Part shown: piece by piece, positions 1-20,050 of the stretch
How the letters are laid out: the number at the start of each line of letters is the position of its first letter
How positions within the stretch are numbered: position 1 is the first letter of the stretch
Notes under the pieces: model-generated
Seen by the model: the letters and a program-made list of their open reading frames with translations, nothing else
What the model was told of the DNA's origin: nothing
The model's database searches: none
Source: the human T2T-CHM13v2.0 reference genome, Homo sapiens
Direction: 5' to 3' (one strand)
DNA length: 64,000 bases
NCBI RefSeq assembly: GCF_009914755.1
Contig: NC_060926.1
Made by a program: the position numbers and the translations under genes

Positions 1-182
1 GGTAGAATGATGTCAATATTCTGATGACAAAATATACTTGACATTTATCACAAACTAAGCCTAAGGAGTTTTACTTACCATTTATCAGCTTTAGAGTATA
101 AACAGGAATTAGCTATAGCTGTGGCCATGAATTCAATAAAGAGTTCCATTAACTGTCCCACATTTTTAAAAAGCAGAATTTA

Positions 183-4231
<4,049 letters not shown>

Positions 4232-5371
4232 AAATCAGAATTTAAATAACATTGTGAAAACAAATTCAGAAGAAATGGATGGTAACAAAACAAGATAATG
4301 ATTTAACTGCTTGACAACAATGGGGGGAGAAACATGTTACTAAAAAAGAATAGGTTTAAGTAAAAGAATATAAACAATTTGAATAAATTAGAAGACAGAC
4401 GAGAGAAGATATTTGAAAGAGCAACTAAAAATGCTTAAGGGACTGATGGAATACACAACAGAATGAGATCACTTAGGAAGTAGAAAAGAATGACAAAAAT
4501 ACAAAGAGAATTCTTAAGAGTAGGAAAAGGACAGAGAAAGATGAAAGTGACCTATAAAAAAGCAATGACCTTAGAACCAAACTAAATAGGACACCAGTGA
4601 AGGCACAAAGTACACTACTAAAATTCTCCCAAAGGCTTACTCTTCTGGTCTGCTCTACTCAACCACTACTGGCTATCTATAGAACTCTTCACCACTCTCT
4701 GGCCATGTGCTTTTACCTAACAATTCTTGCACTTCTACCTGAAACCAAAGGTCAGTGATCAAAGGCAGATCATTCATAGTTCTTGTGAATATTTTCCCCT
4801 TCTTACAGTAATCCTTTATACTCAAAAGTCTCTTTACTTGCTCTTTACTCATTGTTTGTCCTTTCCTTTTTCCTATTCAAAGCAATTTTAACTTGAAAAA
4901 TGCTTTATCCCTTCTAAGACTGAAATTAACTGATAAACATATTCTGTCTATGACATCTCTTAATCTTTCAGATTTTCAGCTGCTATTTTTTACATTTTTT
5001 ATGCTTTGTCTCCATAGCTAGATTATAAAATCCTCAAAAGATGAATGTGCTATTTTTCTACAGATTATATAATACTGCTCAGTATTTTATCTTCTGTATC
5101 CTACAGTCTAATCTGTAGGCTTGGAACTTTCACCTTTGAGCTGCTTTTCAATACCTATGTAAACCTTCTAGATTCTGGACCCTGCCTGCTACCTTGCACT
5201 TTTGTTCTCTACTTCTAGTGAACACTTCTCTGGCTTAGTGTTATGTCCCATTCTTTCCTTCCTTTGTATGCATTGTCCTGTTGTCACTAAAAAAAAAAAA
5301 AAAAAAAAAAGGGTCTGTATGCAGTAGAAAGGGTCTGAGTGACTGCATGTTCTAAACGTGGTTAACAGCAA

Positions 5372-5831
5372 TGTTATGCATTGAATTGTATCCCCGAAGA
5401 AAAGATGTGCCTAAATCCTAACCCCCAGTACCTCAGAATGTGACCTTATTTGGAATTAGGGTCTTTCCAGAGCTAAGCACATAAAAATGAGGTCATTTGA
5501 ATGGGACCTAATCAAATATAACTGGTAGCCCTATAAAAAGGGAAAATTTGAACATGAAATATGCAAAGAGGAAAAATGAAGTGAAGAAACACAGGGAGAA
5601 TGCCTTTAGAGTAATGCAACTACAAGCAAGGAACAACAAAGATTACCAGCAAATCACCAGAAGCTAGGAGAGAGAGATGGAAGAGGTTCTCCCTTGCAGT
5701 CCTTGAAACAAACCAACCCTGCCAACACCTTGCTTTCAGACTGCCAGCCTTCAGAACTATGAAATAATACATTTCTATTGTTTAAGCCATCTAGTTGGTA
5801 CTTTGTTATGGCAGCCCTAGGAAACTAACAC
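5372..5831 (+). mobile_element. MLT1 (MaLR) solo LTR
   Basis: Begins TG and ends ...ggcagccctaggaaactaacaCA, with typical MLT1 internal motifs (gaatgtgaccttatttgga, ttgtttaagcca). Confidence 0.85.
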
Positions 5832-6653
5832 AAGTAGGTATAGATTACATGAAAAAAAAATCAGATAGCTAGCTAATAATGCTCTTATAAAAATCTTAAA
5901 AAACTTTAAAAATCTACACATAGGAATAATCAGGTCTACATTCTTCATGTTCACTCAATGCTTTTTATTTTGCAGTGACTGAAAAAGGCTAAAATTCTCA
6001 CATGAATAACTCAAATGTAAGGGTGCATCTGAAATGCATCTAAATCTCTAAAATTCTCTGAGCCCAAGTATTGGTTTAGGCACTCCTATAAACCCAGAAC
6101 AGGAGATTGAAGCAGTTCAAGCTTTATGACAATGACTTTCAAAGTTTTAAACATGTATATCCTTTGGCAGAGGAAATTCCACTTCTTTTTTTTACAAGTT
6201 CTACTTTTGTATTGTTTCATTGCCTTTTTAAAAACAAAGAGGTGTCAATTTTAAAACTTTATTTGTAATAAGAAAATAACCTATAATATATACACATTTA
6301 ACATTTTGGGATGTTGGTATTTCAAGTGTACTTCCCTGATCTCCCACTAACTGGTAAGGTATTTAATGCTTTTATTTATAAAAGTCTTCATTTCTAAAAA
6401 TAAGCTCCCTAGAGAATATAGAACAAAAAAGAGAAAAGTGCTTATGCATTTTGAGGTTGGAAGGAAAGAACCTAAGAAAAGCAAAAGCACCTCAGAGTAC
6501 TAAGCAGACCGCCAGAAAAGTATGGTCATCCTGAGAGTCATTCCTGAGACTGTATCCATCTAAAAATGGCTTCCACAAAAAAATACTTCTTATATTTTCT
6601 CTTTTTAATTAAACAAATAGAAATTTTATTTATTTATTTTTAACAGCAAAACA

Positions 6654-6980
6654 GGCCAGGCACTGTGGCTCATGCCTGTAATCCCAGCACTTTGGGAGGC
6701 TGAGGTGAGAAGATCACCGAGGCCAGGAGTCTGAGATCAGCCTGGACAACATAGCAAGATTCAGTCTCTAAAATTTTTTTTTAATTAGCTGGGTGTGGTG
6801 GCTTGCACTTATAGTCCCAGCTATTCAGGAGGCTGATGTGGGAGCACTGCCTGAACATACGAGCCTGAGGTTACAGTGAGCTATAACCATACCACTGCAC
6901 TCTAGCCTGGGTGACAGGGCAAGACCCTGCCTCTAAAACATAAATAAATAAGTAAATATTTTTTTAAAAAGACAAAAATA
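6654..6980 (+). mobile_element. AluJ-like
   Basis: Dimeric Alu; flanking repeat aacagcaaaaca/aatagcaaaaca. Confidence 0.9.
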
Positions 6981-7379
6981 AATAGCAAAACAGTACATAG
7001 TACTATCTAATTTACTTGTTTGAACATCTAAAAAAATATAGGCCAGTTATTAAAAGTGAGTATTTCTGGAGAATGAAACTGGGAAAGGGGCAAACTGAAT
7101 GTTTTGACTTCACAATGAGTCAAATGACTATATTATCATTTAAAAATATATGGATTTTTAAAACATGCACATTATTGAGAACACTGGGCCATTTTCCCAT
7201 AATTACTTAAAATATTTACAGGGCAACTAATTTTTATCATTAAGGTTACAGTATACACCAAGGTGTTAGGCTTGCATTCTTAATGCCTTTAGGAACTATT
7301 TATATGAGACATATATTAAATGAACACTCTAAGTCTAATAATATTTATTTGTTTTTCAGAAAATGGAAGTTTTTTGTAC

Positions 7380-7595
7380 AGATCGTGGTGGTAAACTATG
7401 GCCTGTGGGCTACCTGCTTGTTTTTATAAATAGTTTTACTGGAATACAGCCATGCCCATTAAGTTATGTATTGTCTATAGGTGCTCTCACACTGCAATGG
7501 CAGAGTGCAATCATGATGACGGAGACTATATGGCTGCAAGCCTAAAATTTTTTAGCAGCTGTTTCTTTATTAGAAAAAGTTTGCTGATGCCCACA
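7380..7595. mobile_element. MER58-like hAT-Charlie fossil
   Basis: aaactatggcctgtgggc...ggaatacagccatgccc...aaaaagtttgctga motifs. Confidence 0.7.
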
Positions 7596-7921
7596 GTAGA
7601 TTTTAAATATTTTCTCAGAAAAGATTTTGTGCTTTCACTTTAGAATTAAATATTTGAATCAGGATAATCAAGAGAGAGATTGGGATTTAAATTTTTAGAT
7701 ATTTTAAAATTATAATAATCTATTCAAAAACTCATATTGGCTTAAGTTATTAATATATTTATCCAACTTTAATAATTAGTACAAAATGTTTCTTTTATGG
7801 TTAATTATACAAAAGAAATATTTTCAATAGGTATATAACAATGAATATTTTATAGTTGTTATAAAATTTTTCATGTTAACTAAAATAACAAAACAGAATG
7901 ACAATAAAAGGTTATTCTTAC

Positions 7922-7980
7922 CTGTAACCTAAACCAATCTAATCTCATTCCTCTGAAATCAAATACTTCCCCATCTTCAA
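7922..7980 (-). CDS. NCKAP1: NCKAP1 exon 15 (59 nt) (V)[19 protein letters not shown]
   Basis: ctacag|TT GAA...CAG|gtaaga; the next exon is not in the window. Confidence 0.97.
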
Positions 7981-8059
7981 CTGTAGTAATAGAAAAAAAA
8001 AAAAGATTACAAAGCAAATTAATGTTTTCACAATCTATAAGCACATTTTAAATTTTAAG

Positions 8060-8925
<866 letters not shown>

Positions 8926-9862
8926 AAAGAGTGAAGACAGTGAAACAATTCTCAAATCCTGTAAAGATGATGATAAAGGAGACAGTTGTGCTAAGGGAAG
9001 TAAAGGCTTTTCTCCTAAGCTCTCTGATTCTTAGTGTGCTTACATGTCAATTTACAGGAGTTTGAATAGAATTTGAGAGATCCTACGAATAGAAACTTTG
9101 GACAGCATGCTGAAGTTCCACAAAATAACTCTATATAAACCAAATATCACCAGAAAAAATTACTTTAGTTTCATTACTTAGATGTGGTAGCAATAAAGAT
9201 TGAACTAAGAAAAATGTTTATACATTTATTACTCAGAAGTTTTCAAGGTTTCTGATATCCTTTATTAAAAGACTATAAAACTAAAACACACTATCGATCC
9301 ACTAGAATGGAGTGTCAAATAATGGCAAGGTGATTATATGACATCAATTTTTGAGATTGACAGATTTGAGCTCAAATTCCTACTTTTGCTTAACAGCTAT
9401 TAGAGCTTGGCAAATTATGTTCAGTAACTGCGAGGTTAACCCTCAAACCCAGAGTTTCCAAATCTGTCAAAAGTAATAACAGTGTTGAAAAAAGAATGTG
9501 GAGTAAATGGGATAATATATATGTAAAGTGCCTGGCACAGACTAAACATTTTATAAATGGCATTAAATATTGTTATTGGTATGCTTGGACCAAATATATG
9601 ATTTGCTACAAAATGCAAATGTTTTATTGTTTTTGTTACAAAATGCTTTTTTTCCTGCTTAATAATTAGAAATATAAAACTGTAATTATTATTTTTGTAA
9701 ATAGCATCACAAACCCATTTTGGAAATCTTTGCTTCAGAGAACAAAATTAAGATAAAAGATAATAGATCATTAGCCAAATTAATTGGTAAATTATCTCCT
9801 TAATAATCAAGTTTGAAAATCTAATTAGAAGAAAATATGCTTTTATTTAAAAGGCTTATTAC

Positions 9863-9944
9863 CTTGTTTTACACTTAGGGAAGTCATAGTGTTAACAAAA
9901 GAGGACATGATGATTGATTCATCTTCAGGGCAAACAGAAAGATT
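9863..9944 (-). CDS. NCKAP1: NCKAP1 exon 14 (82 nt) [27 protein letters not shown](V)
   Basis: tttttcag|AAT...CAA G|gtaata. Confidence 0.97.
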
Positions 9945-11789
9945 CTGAAAAACAAACAAAAAGTAACGTTAAAAACATCTATAGTTGGGAAACAACTCAG
10001 GTCTATCAATTAGTGGACGGATAAACAAACTGGTATACCCATACTATGGAATATTTTTCAGTAATAAAAAAGAAATGAAATTTTAACACACACCATAACA
10101 CGAATCTCAAAACCATTACATTAAGTGAAAGAAATAAAAAATAAATGATTTTGTGTTAAAAAGTAATTTTTTCATACACTATATAGGAAAATTTATATGA
10201 AAAAGTATTTTTAAGGCGAAAGTATAATGACAAACACCAGTTGCTGTCAGGGGCTTATGCAAGAATGATGAAGGTGTACCATAAGGGTGTATAAGTAAAC
10301 TTTTAAAGGTGTTGGAAAAGTTCTGTCTTGAATATGGTGATGGTAATAGTTGCACAAATGCATACAGCTACCAAAATTTACAACATGCACTAAAAATGAA
10401 TGATTTTTGTTGTCTGTATGTTAGGCCTCAACAAAATTAAGACCTAAAAATCCTTTTCAATCTAGCTTAAAAAATGAATATTTGATAAACTGTATTTAAA
10501 GTGGATGCTAAAAAATAAATTCCTTTTAAAAAGTGGATGCTTAGCTTACAAACAGTATAAATAAAACACATTTTTAAAACTTTATGATGCGAGTGAACTG
10601 TACACTTAAAAATCATGAAAATGGTAAATTTTGTTACATATATTTTACCACAATAAAATATTAACACCTATTGCAATCAACTATGCTAACAGGTTTACAA
10701 CCTTAGTTCTAAATTTATATGCTAGCAAATGGTGAAAAACATTGTGAATATACTTTGCAACAGAAGAGGGTGGTAAAATGCTCAGGCTTTGGAGTCAAAA
10801 CTTGAGTTTGACTACTGGCTTTATTACTTATGAGCTGTATTGGTGATAAGGAGCAAATTACATAAGGCATTTCTTCTTCAACAAATAATGATAACTATAT
10901 CCACTCTCACAGAGGTTTTCTACAGATTTGGTAAGATACACTATCAATAAATCTGGCAATTACTAATATCAGTATGATTGCTGCTGATACTATACTATTA
11001 CTATAATTCCAGAAGAAATGCTAAGAATTAATCTTCTCAGTATTAGTAAACTCCACTTTATATAAAAATAGATTAAGTAATTCAGGAATTCTGGTTTACT
11101 TTTTAAACTGTATGCTAGTATGAATAAATAATAAACAGTAACAAAAGCTTCTGGCTTATCTGTTAAGTAATAACTATTCAAATAAAATTATAGTAAGGCA
11201 ATAATACCCCAGGTTTTCTGTTCCCTTTTTAAATGACCATAGAAAAGAAGTATCTGAGCTCCATCTAGTGGATAAAAGAAGAAATAAACTATAGAGTTTA
11301 GAATACTAGCTTGTAACAGCATGTAACTCAAGGTAAAAAAAATTACATGAACAATTTTTTTCCTTATTATATTTTTAGGTTGATTTGAAAAAAATGAGAT
11401 CTTCAAAGTATGGTTATTTCTCTGGAAAACTAGCAGCTTTAGAGAAGTCTTTATATAAAGAGGATTCTTAACTGTTTTCTTTATACTATGTATTAGCTTA
11501 CAGTCATTTGAAACATGTAATTCTATAAAGTGAAGCAAAATAAAATATTATTTCCTTAGAGTCAGTTTATTTGGAATAAAAAGTTTTTTAAATTTAAATA
11601 AAGATGAAAAATATTGAATAAATAAATTATGGAAAGCAAAAAAAGGCTAAAAACCAATTAAGGAAAAAAAATTGGACATTTAAATGGGAATGTCTATATG
11701 AAATCTTTATTTACTGGCCATCCTCTAACAATCTTCTTCAAAAAGATTTTTATTCTACTTTCCCTCTAATACTTAATTACCAATTATAT

Positions 11790-12215
11790 TGTCTCTATCA
11801 TCTCTTCTGAATCTCCATAGCTACTGCCCATGTTCAGACTCTCATCACCTCTCATCTAGCCTACTGCAGTCATTTTTCTTCTGGTCTCTCTGCCTCCTCA
11901 TTTGGTTCCCAGCAATCTACCATCCACACTGAACCAGGGTGATCTTTTTAAGTAGTACACCTGATTTATGATTAACCTCCTCTTTCCCAAGGCCCTCTGT
12001 AATTTGGTTAGCGTACACCTCCATCTTCAGGATAAATAATTGTGTCTTTCCTTGTGTTCATTCTGAGCTTTATATATACTTAATGCATAACACCTATCAC
12101 ATTGGACTACAACTAACTGTTTCTTCCCTTCTAGGTAATGATCTCCAAAATATAAACATGATTTATCACTTGGCACATGATATTTCATAAATGCTTGTTG
12201 AACAAACAAATAAAA
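11790..12215 (+). mobile_element. L2 fragment
   Basis: L2 motifs ending in ...ggcacatga...ataaatgcttgttgaa. Confidence 0.6.
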
Positions 12216-12272
12216 TACTATCAAAGGTGGGAAGGAAGGAACAAAAGGGAAATAGTATGAGATAGTTTTTAC

Positions 12273-12405
12273 CTGCACGAGTTCATTGAGGACAACAGCA
12301 TCAAAGCCAGAAAGGTACTGCACGTAATACCTCTGCATTACAGGTCCGTATTTCCTCACATGTGCTCTAAGTTCTTCCATGTAAAATATTAATTCAGCAA
12401 TGTGC
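12273..12405 (-). CDS. NCKAP1: NCKAP1 exon 13 (133 nt) (K)[44 protein letters not shown]
   Basis: aaaaaag|G CAC...CAG|gtaaaa; overlaps ORF 12027..12380. Confidence 0.96.
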
Positions 12406-12549
12406 CTTTTTTAAAATTTCAAGAAAAATATTCAAATAATAAATTCATCATTATTAAAGAATATATTCGATGCCCTTAATCTTATTTCTAAAAGTATTTT
12501 TCTTATAAAGGGCATTGTTTAATACTTAATGTCAATTACTTCCTTTTTA

Positions 12550-12975
<426 letters not shown>

Positions 12976-13413
12976 AAACAGGACATGTTATAAATACATC
13001 ATCAAAAAATCTCAAATAAAAGAAGATTAGCAAGAAATAAAATTTTTCTGTATGCTCTTATTTCTCTGCTCCATTTTTCTAACTCTTATTGAGAGACTGA
13101 ACTAAAATAAGACACATTTTAATGACACACTGAGTTGCAACTCTAAAAACAGGATTTTTATTTAAATGTTTTGTGTAGTAAATAGTTTTAAAAAATGAAT
13201 TCCATAAGAAATATTACTGAGCATAGCAAGAAAACAAAAACTTTATCACCACAAAGCATACTACGAGAAAATAAAAGCCCTAATTTAAAACTAAATTTGA
13301 CTTTGCAGTCTAATTAATATCATCTAATGATATATTACAAATATTCCAAGCTCTTCAAAATAATTTTGCTTCAAATATAAGTCTCCAGATTCCCCAGCCC
13401 ACAAATCAGAATA

Positions 13414-13811
13414 TAGATGGTGCACAACTTACAGTGATTTGGATGTACTATCTTTCTAATTTACAATGGTGCAGAAGAGATACACATTTAGTACAAATTG
13501 TACTTTGAATTTTGACTTTTTTTCCAGGCTAGCAATAGGCAGTATGATACTCTCTCATGATGCTGCCGTAGTTCCCAGTCAACTATGTGATCAGAAAGAT
13601 AAACAACCTATACTCTTCAGTGTACTATGTTGCCAGATAATTTTGCCCAACTGTAGGCTAATAAAAGAGTTCTGAGCACATTGAAGGTAGGCTAGGCTAA
13701 GCTCTAATGTTCAGTAATAATAGGTGTACTAAATGAATTTCAACTTAACAATATTTTCAACTTACAATAGGTCTATCAGGACATAACCCCATTGTAAATC
13801 AAGAAGCATCT
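13414..13811 (-). mobile_element. MER47/Tigger5-like TcMar DNA transposon fossil
   Basis: Terminal inverted similarity (agatggtgcacaacttac / gtaaatcaagaagcatct), TA flanks, internal aggtaggctaggctaagct. Confidence 0.75.
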
Positions 13812-13849
13812 ATATACAGAAAATATTTTTTTAAATGTTGCTAACTTAC

Positions 13850-13956
13850 TTATCTATAAAGTCGTCTGCACTCTTCTTTGGCATGTTATCTGCATGACGA
13901 AGTAGCCAGATGATTTCATCACGGGCAAAGGATAATGCCATAAAAACAAAAAGTGC
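13850..13956 (-). CDS. NCKAP1: NCKAP1 exon 12 (107 nt) [35 protein letters not shown](K)
   Basis: ttttaaacag|GCA...GAT AA|gtaagt. Confidence 0.97.
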
Positions 13957-14314
13957 CTGTTTAAAAAAAAGTAAGTGTTTATTCTTATTCAAAGATTAAA
14001 AACAAAACTGGTAATCTCTTTCTATGTGAAAAGTCATTGGCAAGAAGTGATAATATCAATTCAAAAGAGTGAAGAGACTAACAGAAGAGGACACAAGAGA
14101 ACCTGTAAGTATGTATGAGAGAGAGCATGCATATAAGGGAGAAGAATGCAGGGAGGTACGATGTATGAATGTCAAGTCAGCAAATTCATTCTCCACTAAA
14201 TATAAAAATCCTTTTATGTAGTCCCTGACTCAAATTTCAGTAAAATTTCACTTAGAAACGTTTTTTAAAATTTTAATATGGCACAATTATTGAAATAATA
14301 ATTAAATGAATTAC

Positions 14315-14411
14315 CTTGGGACCTAGCAATCCAGGTTGATCAGAGAGGACAGTAGCCAATTCCTTCAGTGCAGATCTTAAAAACTTGCGTCTTTCTCTGT
14401 GCATTGAACCA
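14315..14411 (-). CDS. NCKAP1: NCKAP1 exon 11 (97 nt) (A)[32 protein letters not shown]
   Basis: ccccatag|T GGT...AAG|gtaatt. Confidence 0.97.
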
Positions 14412-14731
14412 CTATGGGGAAAGACACCATAATAGTTTATCTGCTTCTACTAAAATTATTATTGGCAATTAAAGTAACTAGCATTATAGGTGCAACTTCC
14501 AAAGTCTTTTTTTAGGAAGCCAAAGTTCCTATAAAAATCATCTTCTATGTGTCTATCGTTAAGTGAGTTTCTAATCTTACATTTATCCTGCCTTTCTTAT
14601 GTTGCTTTTTAAACTATGTTTCTTTTGTTATTCTCCATCTATCAAAATCCTACCCAACCTTCAAGACCAGTCCTTCAAGAAGCATTTCCCAACATCTAGC
14701 TATTTATTTATGAATAATTTATCCAATTTTA

Positions 14732-15109
<378 letters not shown>

Positions 15110-15448
15110 TCACTTCCATAAAGAAATTAATAAATAGAACTTAAGTATCTGGTTATCTATATTCTTATTAAGTTATATTCCTATTAAATATACAAAACTG
15201 AATACACAAGAGCTATAGTCAATAAAGGTATTGGGATGAGAGCTACTTGGCACTCTTGTTCAAAAATAGAAAGATGGGGAAAGGAAGGGATAATCATAAA
15301 TATTCATATACTACTTATTTTAAAATTAAGATTAGAAAACATTCTCACATATTAACAGAAGGAAAAAAAATCATAAAATGTTCCAAGCAACTCCTCATAC
15401 TACACAAAATATACACTGCTCCAAGAAAGTTTTAGAATTTAGATTGGG

Positions 15449-15472
15449 GTGTGTGTGTGTGTGTGTGTGTGT
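15449..15472. repeat. (GT)n microsatellite
   Basis: About 12 GT units. Confidence 0.9.
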
Positions 15473-16541
15473 TGCCTATGCCAAAAACCCAAGTATAAAG
15501 AATACACACCACTAGTAATTTCGCTGTGACACAGTAGATCAGTTTCAGAGGACTCAAATTAAAATCCATCCTCTCCCTACATGACCTTAGGTTCCAACTC
15601 TAAGTTTCAGTTTTTCATCTGTAGAATAAGTATGATGACATCTGTCTCAAAAGATGCACAATCTTTCATGATGCCTGATATATAGTGCTTCTGTTACTTT
15701 AATTTCAATGACAAGCTCTTTTTACTGACAATAATAAAGTCATCGTGTCATTTCCAAGAAGAAAATGAACAAATGTTATTTTGATTATTTTACTTCACAG
15801 GATTACTGTGAGGAGTCTGTGATGGTTATTGGGAGAAAATGTCTATAAAGTACTTGGGCCTGGCACATGGTAATGAGTCCTAGAAGTTACCACTGCTTAC
15901 TACTTATATTTTATTTAATAAACAGAAGGAGGAAAATAAAAATACCTTAATTGTAAAAGATCTTTATAAAAGATAGCTATGCCTATATGTCTGCCTATAG
16001 TAGCGTCTATCCCACGAAGAAATAATAATTATGTGCATTTCTGCAAGTCTAGAGAGGAATTCTAACAAACTCCAAAGTACGTTATCTGCACTAGAAATCA
16101 TTTTTGAAAAATTAAGCACATGTACTTCATTCAAGTAAATAAAATATGCATGAGGAATGATATAGCACAGATACGATGAGTAAAGATGGTTTAAATTCCC
16201 AATATCTTATAGCCTAAACTGAAATTTTAAAACTTCCTGTGGTTTTATAGTTTTCGCTATGGAGTGTTGCTTGTCTTCTCTCTGCCTTATATAGAAATAC
16301 TGATAGATCAAATAATATTATCTGTATATAGTACCTAAGTTAACTGGAGAAAATATTCTATATTAAGTATATCATATATGTAACAAAGTGAAATATCAAA
16401 TTATTTAGAATTATTTTATGAGAAAACTGGAAAGTTGTTCAAAGATTTAAAATACACTAATTTCTCACTTAGGATATCTATATATTTACTAATATAAGAA
16501 ATTAAAATTGGGAAAGAGGTGTACTCTTAAAAGTAAATATT

Positions 16542-16839
<298 letters not shown>

Positions 16840-17191
16840 GTAAATATTATCTGTAAGAGTTATATGGATATATTAATTTTCATGTAGTAGTACAAAAATC
16901 ATATTGGTATGCAGAGCATAGTGGCAGTGAGATTATACCCAAAGTAAGAGTCCTTTGTGTGATACTTCCTTATAGCATTTTATCAACACTTCAAAAACAT
17001 TTAAAATCTGACTTCACTAATTCCAAGGTTCTACATATTGAGGCAATATACTTAATAATTCTCATTGACTGAAAGTCCCCCTCTTCTACTACCATATCTT
17101 GCATACTATTAATCTGTACTCACTTCAACAAAATGATGCTTTAAGAATTTTTCTTGATTAAAGCTACCACGGATAAAATAAAACTACTCAC

Positions 17192-17248
17192 GCATGTGAC
17201 ACGGCTGCCTCCTTGCATTCTCTTATGTCATTAATACGTTTATTATAG
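17192..17248 (-). CDS. NCKAP1: NCKAP1 exon 10 (57 nt) (G)YNKRINDIRECKEAAVSH(A)
   Basis: cctag|C TAT...CAT GC|gtgagt. Confidence 0.97.
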
Positions 17249-17979
17249 CTAGGTGCAAAAACAAATTAGAACGTTAGTTTAATTTGATCAATAACTGTCA
17301 AAATGAGTAAGTCTAATACTAGAAGTCAATTAAAAATGACATTATCAATTTAGAAACTGGCCATCAAACTGGAAGTGCATGGAAGAATCTACCCACACTT
17401 TTTCCTAGCACTTAGATGTCCAGTCAAGCCTTCCTAAAAAAAAAAGTAACATTATATTAAATCCAACAATAAAATTAAACTTCACAATGTAGATTTTCAT
17501 TTTATTAAATGTTATTACTTCCTTAAGCCCCAATGGAGACACTGAAATTATACTTCTGATGTAATTAACATCAGAAGTGATTTCCAAAAGTCTAAAGTAC
17601 TGACAAAGCTATCATTTCTGACTTTTTAATCAAGTCTATCTTTAAGCATGAAAAAATTCTGAAAGGATATATATTAGTGATCAAAAGTAATGACTGTTTG
17701 GATAAAAAGGTTTTGTGAAGGAGAAAACTGAGGCAGAAAAGCATTTGCCGACTTCAAATTATTTTAAGAGAACTATATATGATTTTAAGCTATGTATTTT
17801 TTTAAAAAAACTTATTTTTCAAATAAAAAAACATTTAATTAACATCAGCTTAAAGATGCTACCATGAAAACAAATGCTAATAAATAATTTCATGAATAAT
17901 AGATATAAAAACTCAAAATTCCTAAAATGTTAAAGAAAAAATATCTTCCTGACAACCTCTCTAAAAATCTCTTACACTA

Positions 17980-18292
<313 letters not shown>

Positions 18293-20050
18293 TAAAAATC
18301 TCTTACACTAAAATGGACTCCAACTTCTATGTTTAAGTGGTCTAAGATTTATGTATTCTTTGAGCAAATTTCCAAAATATAATAATTCTGTAATCATCAC
18401 CCTCTATAATTAATACACTTTTATACTTATGGTTTGATGATAATTCATATTTTAAACTGGATGATCATTCACAATTAAATTAAAAATGCAAACTCATAAT
18501 TTTAAATACAGAGATTCTCAAATGATAAATTTATTATTAATAAAGCATAACAAAGACAACTGGTTTCACTATGCCATTAAATTTACTTGCACCATACATA
18601 AGTTCACTCAATATACAGAGGCTAACTGGTTTTAAATGTTTACATATATTTACATATGATTCTACAATGAGTTTGTCAGTATGCTAGTACATGATATTAA
18701 TAAAAGTTTCATGATTTTCAATCTAAATCAATTAGAAAATGACAAAGCCCATCTTGCACATAATATTTCAGGGTATTCCACCATCTAAAATAAGAGCTGA
18801 AAAGTACATAGGGCACTATTTATCATATGACTGACAGATCACTGCCATAAGAATATCAGTATGGTGACAGAAATCAGAATAGTAGTCACTTGAGAAAGGA
18901 GTGGGGGGGGAGTGGGGACTAGGCATGGCAGTACCGACCAGAAAGAAGCACAAAAGAATTCTCCAGAGATGATGGAAATGTTCTTACATCTTGATTTAAG
19001 TGGTGATGATGCCGGAGTTTTCATATGCAAAGTCACTGAGTTATACAGCTAAGATGTATGTATTTTTCTGTTTGTATTTTCTCTCAAAAAAGTACTCGGG
19101 AAGAAAAGGGCAGATTCCTTTAACCTCTCCAAGACACAGATAGAGGAGGTTAGAGGTGATGCTCAGGAACCTGGATTTCAATTTGCATTTCGGGGTAATT
19201 CTTATGTACACTAAAATGTGGGATATATTGGCTTACATTTAGCGTCAGACATATACACATACATTAAAATATCTAGAAGTTTTATTTCATTTCAATGTCA
19301 TTAAGTCATTATTCAACTGGATGTGAAATAAATATAAGCAAATTTCACTGTTATCTGAAGCTAGGAAGCCCAACTTATATATTCAACATAAGTATAGCAG
19401 ATCCTAGATATTTTTAAAAGATTTCATAATTGCCACCAAGTCTGAGTTCAATTTGGCTTTTATATATTGGCTACAGAATCTCAAGTGGAGAGAAATAAAG
19501 TTATTAAAAATTTCAAAGAAACACATTTCAGATAATTATTTGCTGAACTGGAAATAAATGAAAATAAATAATGTGGAATACTATTATTTAAATAAAAACA
19601 ACATGATTTCCTACATGCAGTGATATGAATTCTGTAATGGTTATAATTAATCCAATTAACTATTTTTTATTGCTTCATATACTTTTACAAGTACACCCTA
19701 TTCTAAAATAACACTTATAAAAATTTTAAACCTCTAAAATGTATATGGTACTTTTGCATCTAAAATCATATATGACTTGCAAAAGAAGACATATCTTCCT
19801 TCTCCTATATTACATGTTTTGAAAGGTCAGGTAACCTCAGTTTTTTTTTAATATGTGAAGTTACCTGTAAAAAACATGATTATTAACTATCAGGATGACT
19901 GTTAAAAACAACTTCCTGGGATCCAAGTCAGATGGTATAGGCTGTATCTTCCTGCACAGTGTGACTACTCCTTTATCCCCAAAACTTCAGTAAAGATAAC
20001 TCACTCACCACCCTTCTCCAAAAAAGACAAAATAAATGAAAATGCCATAC

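Noticed and set aside
5289-5337. A22 tract next to a repeated aaagggtctg
   Set aside because: The two copies do not flank the A tract, so this is not a TSD-bounded insertion.
12027-12380. 117-aa ORF as a standalone gene
   Set aside because: It is NCKAP1 exon 13 read through its donor into intronic L2-derived sequence.
19828-19868. Short inverted repeat caggtaacctca / tgaagttacctg
   Set aside because: An 11/12-bp stem is within chance expectation for a window this size, and there are no snoRNA or miRNA features.
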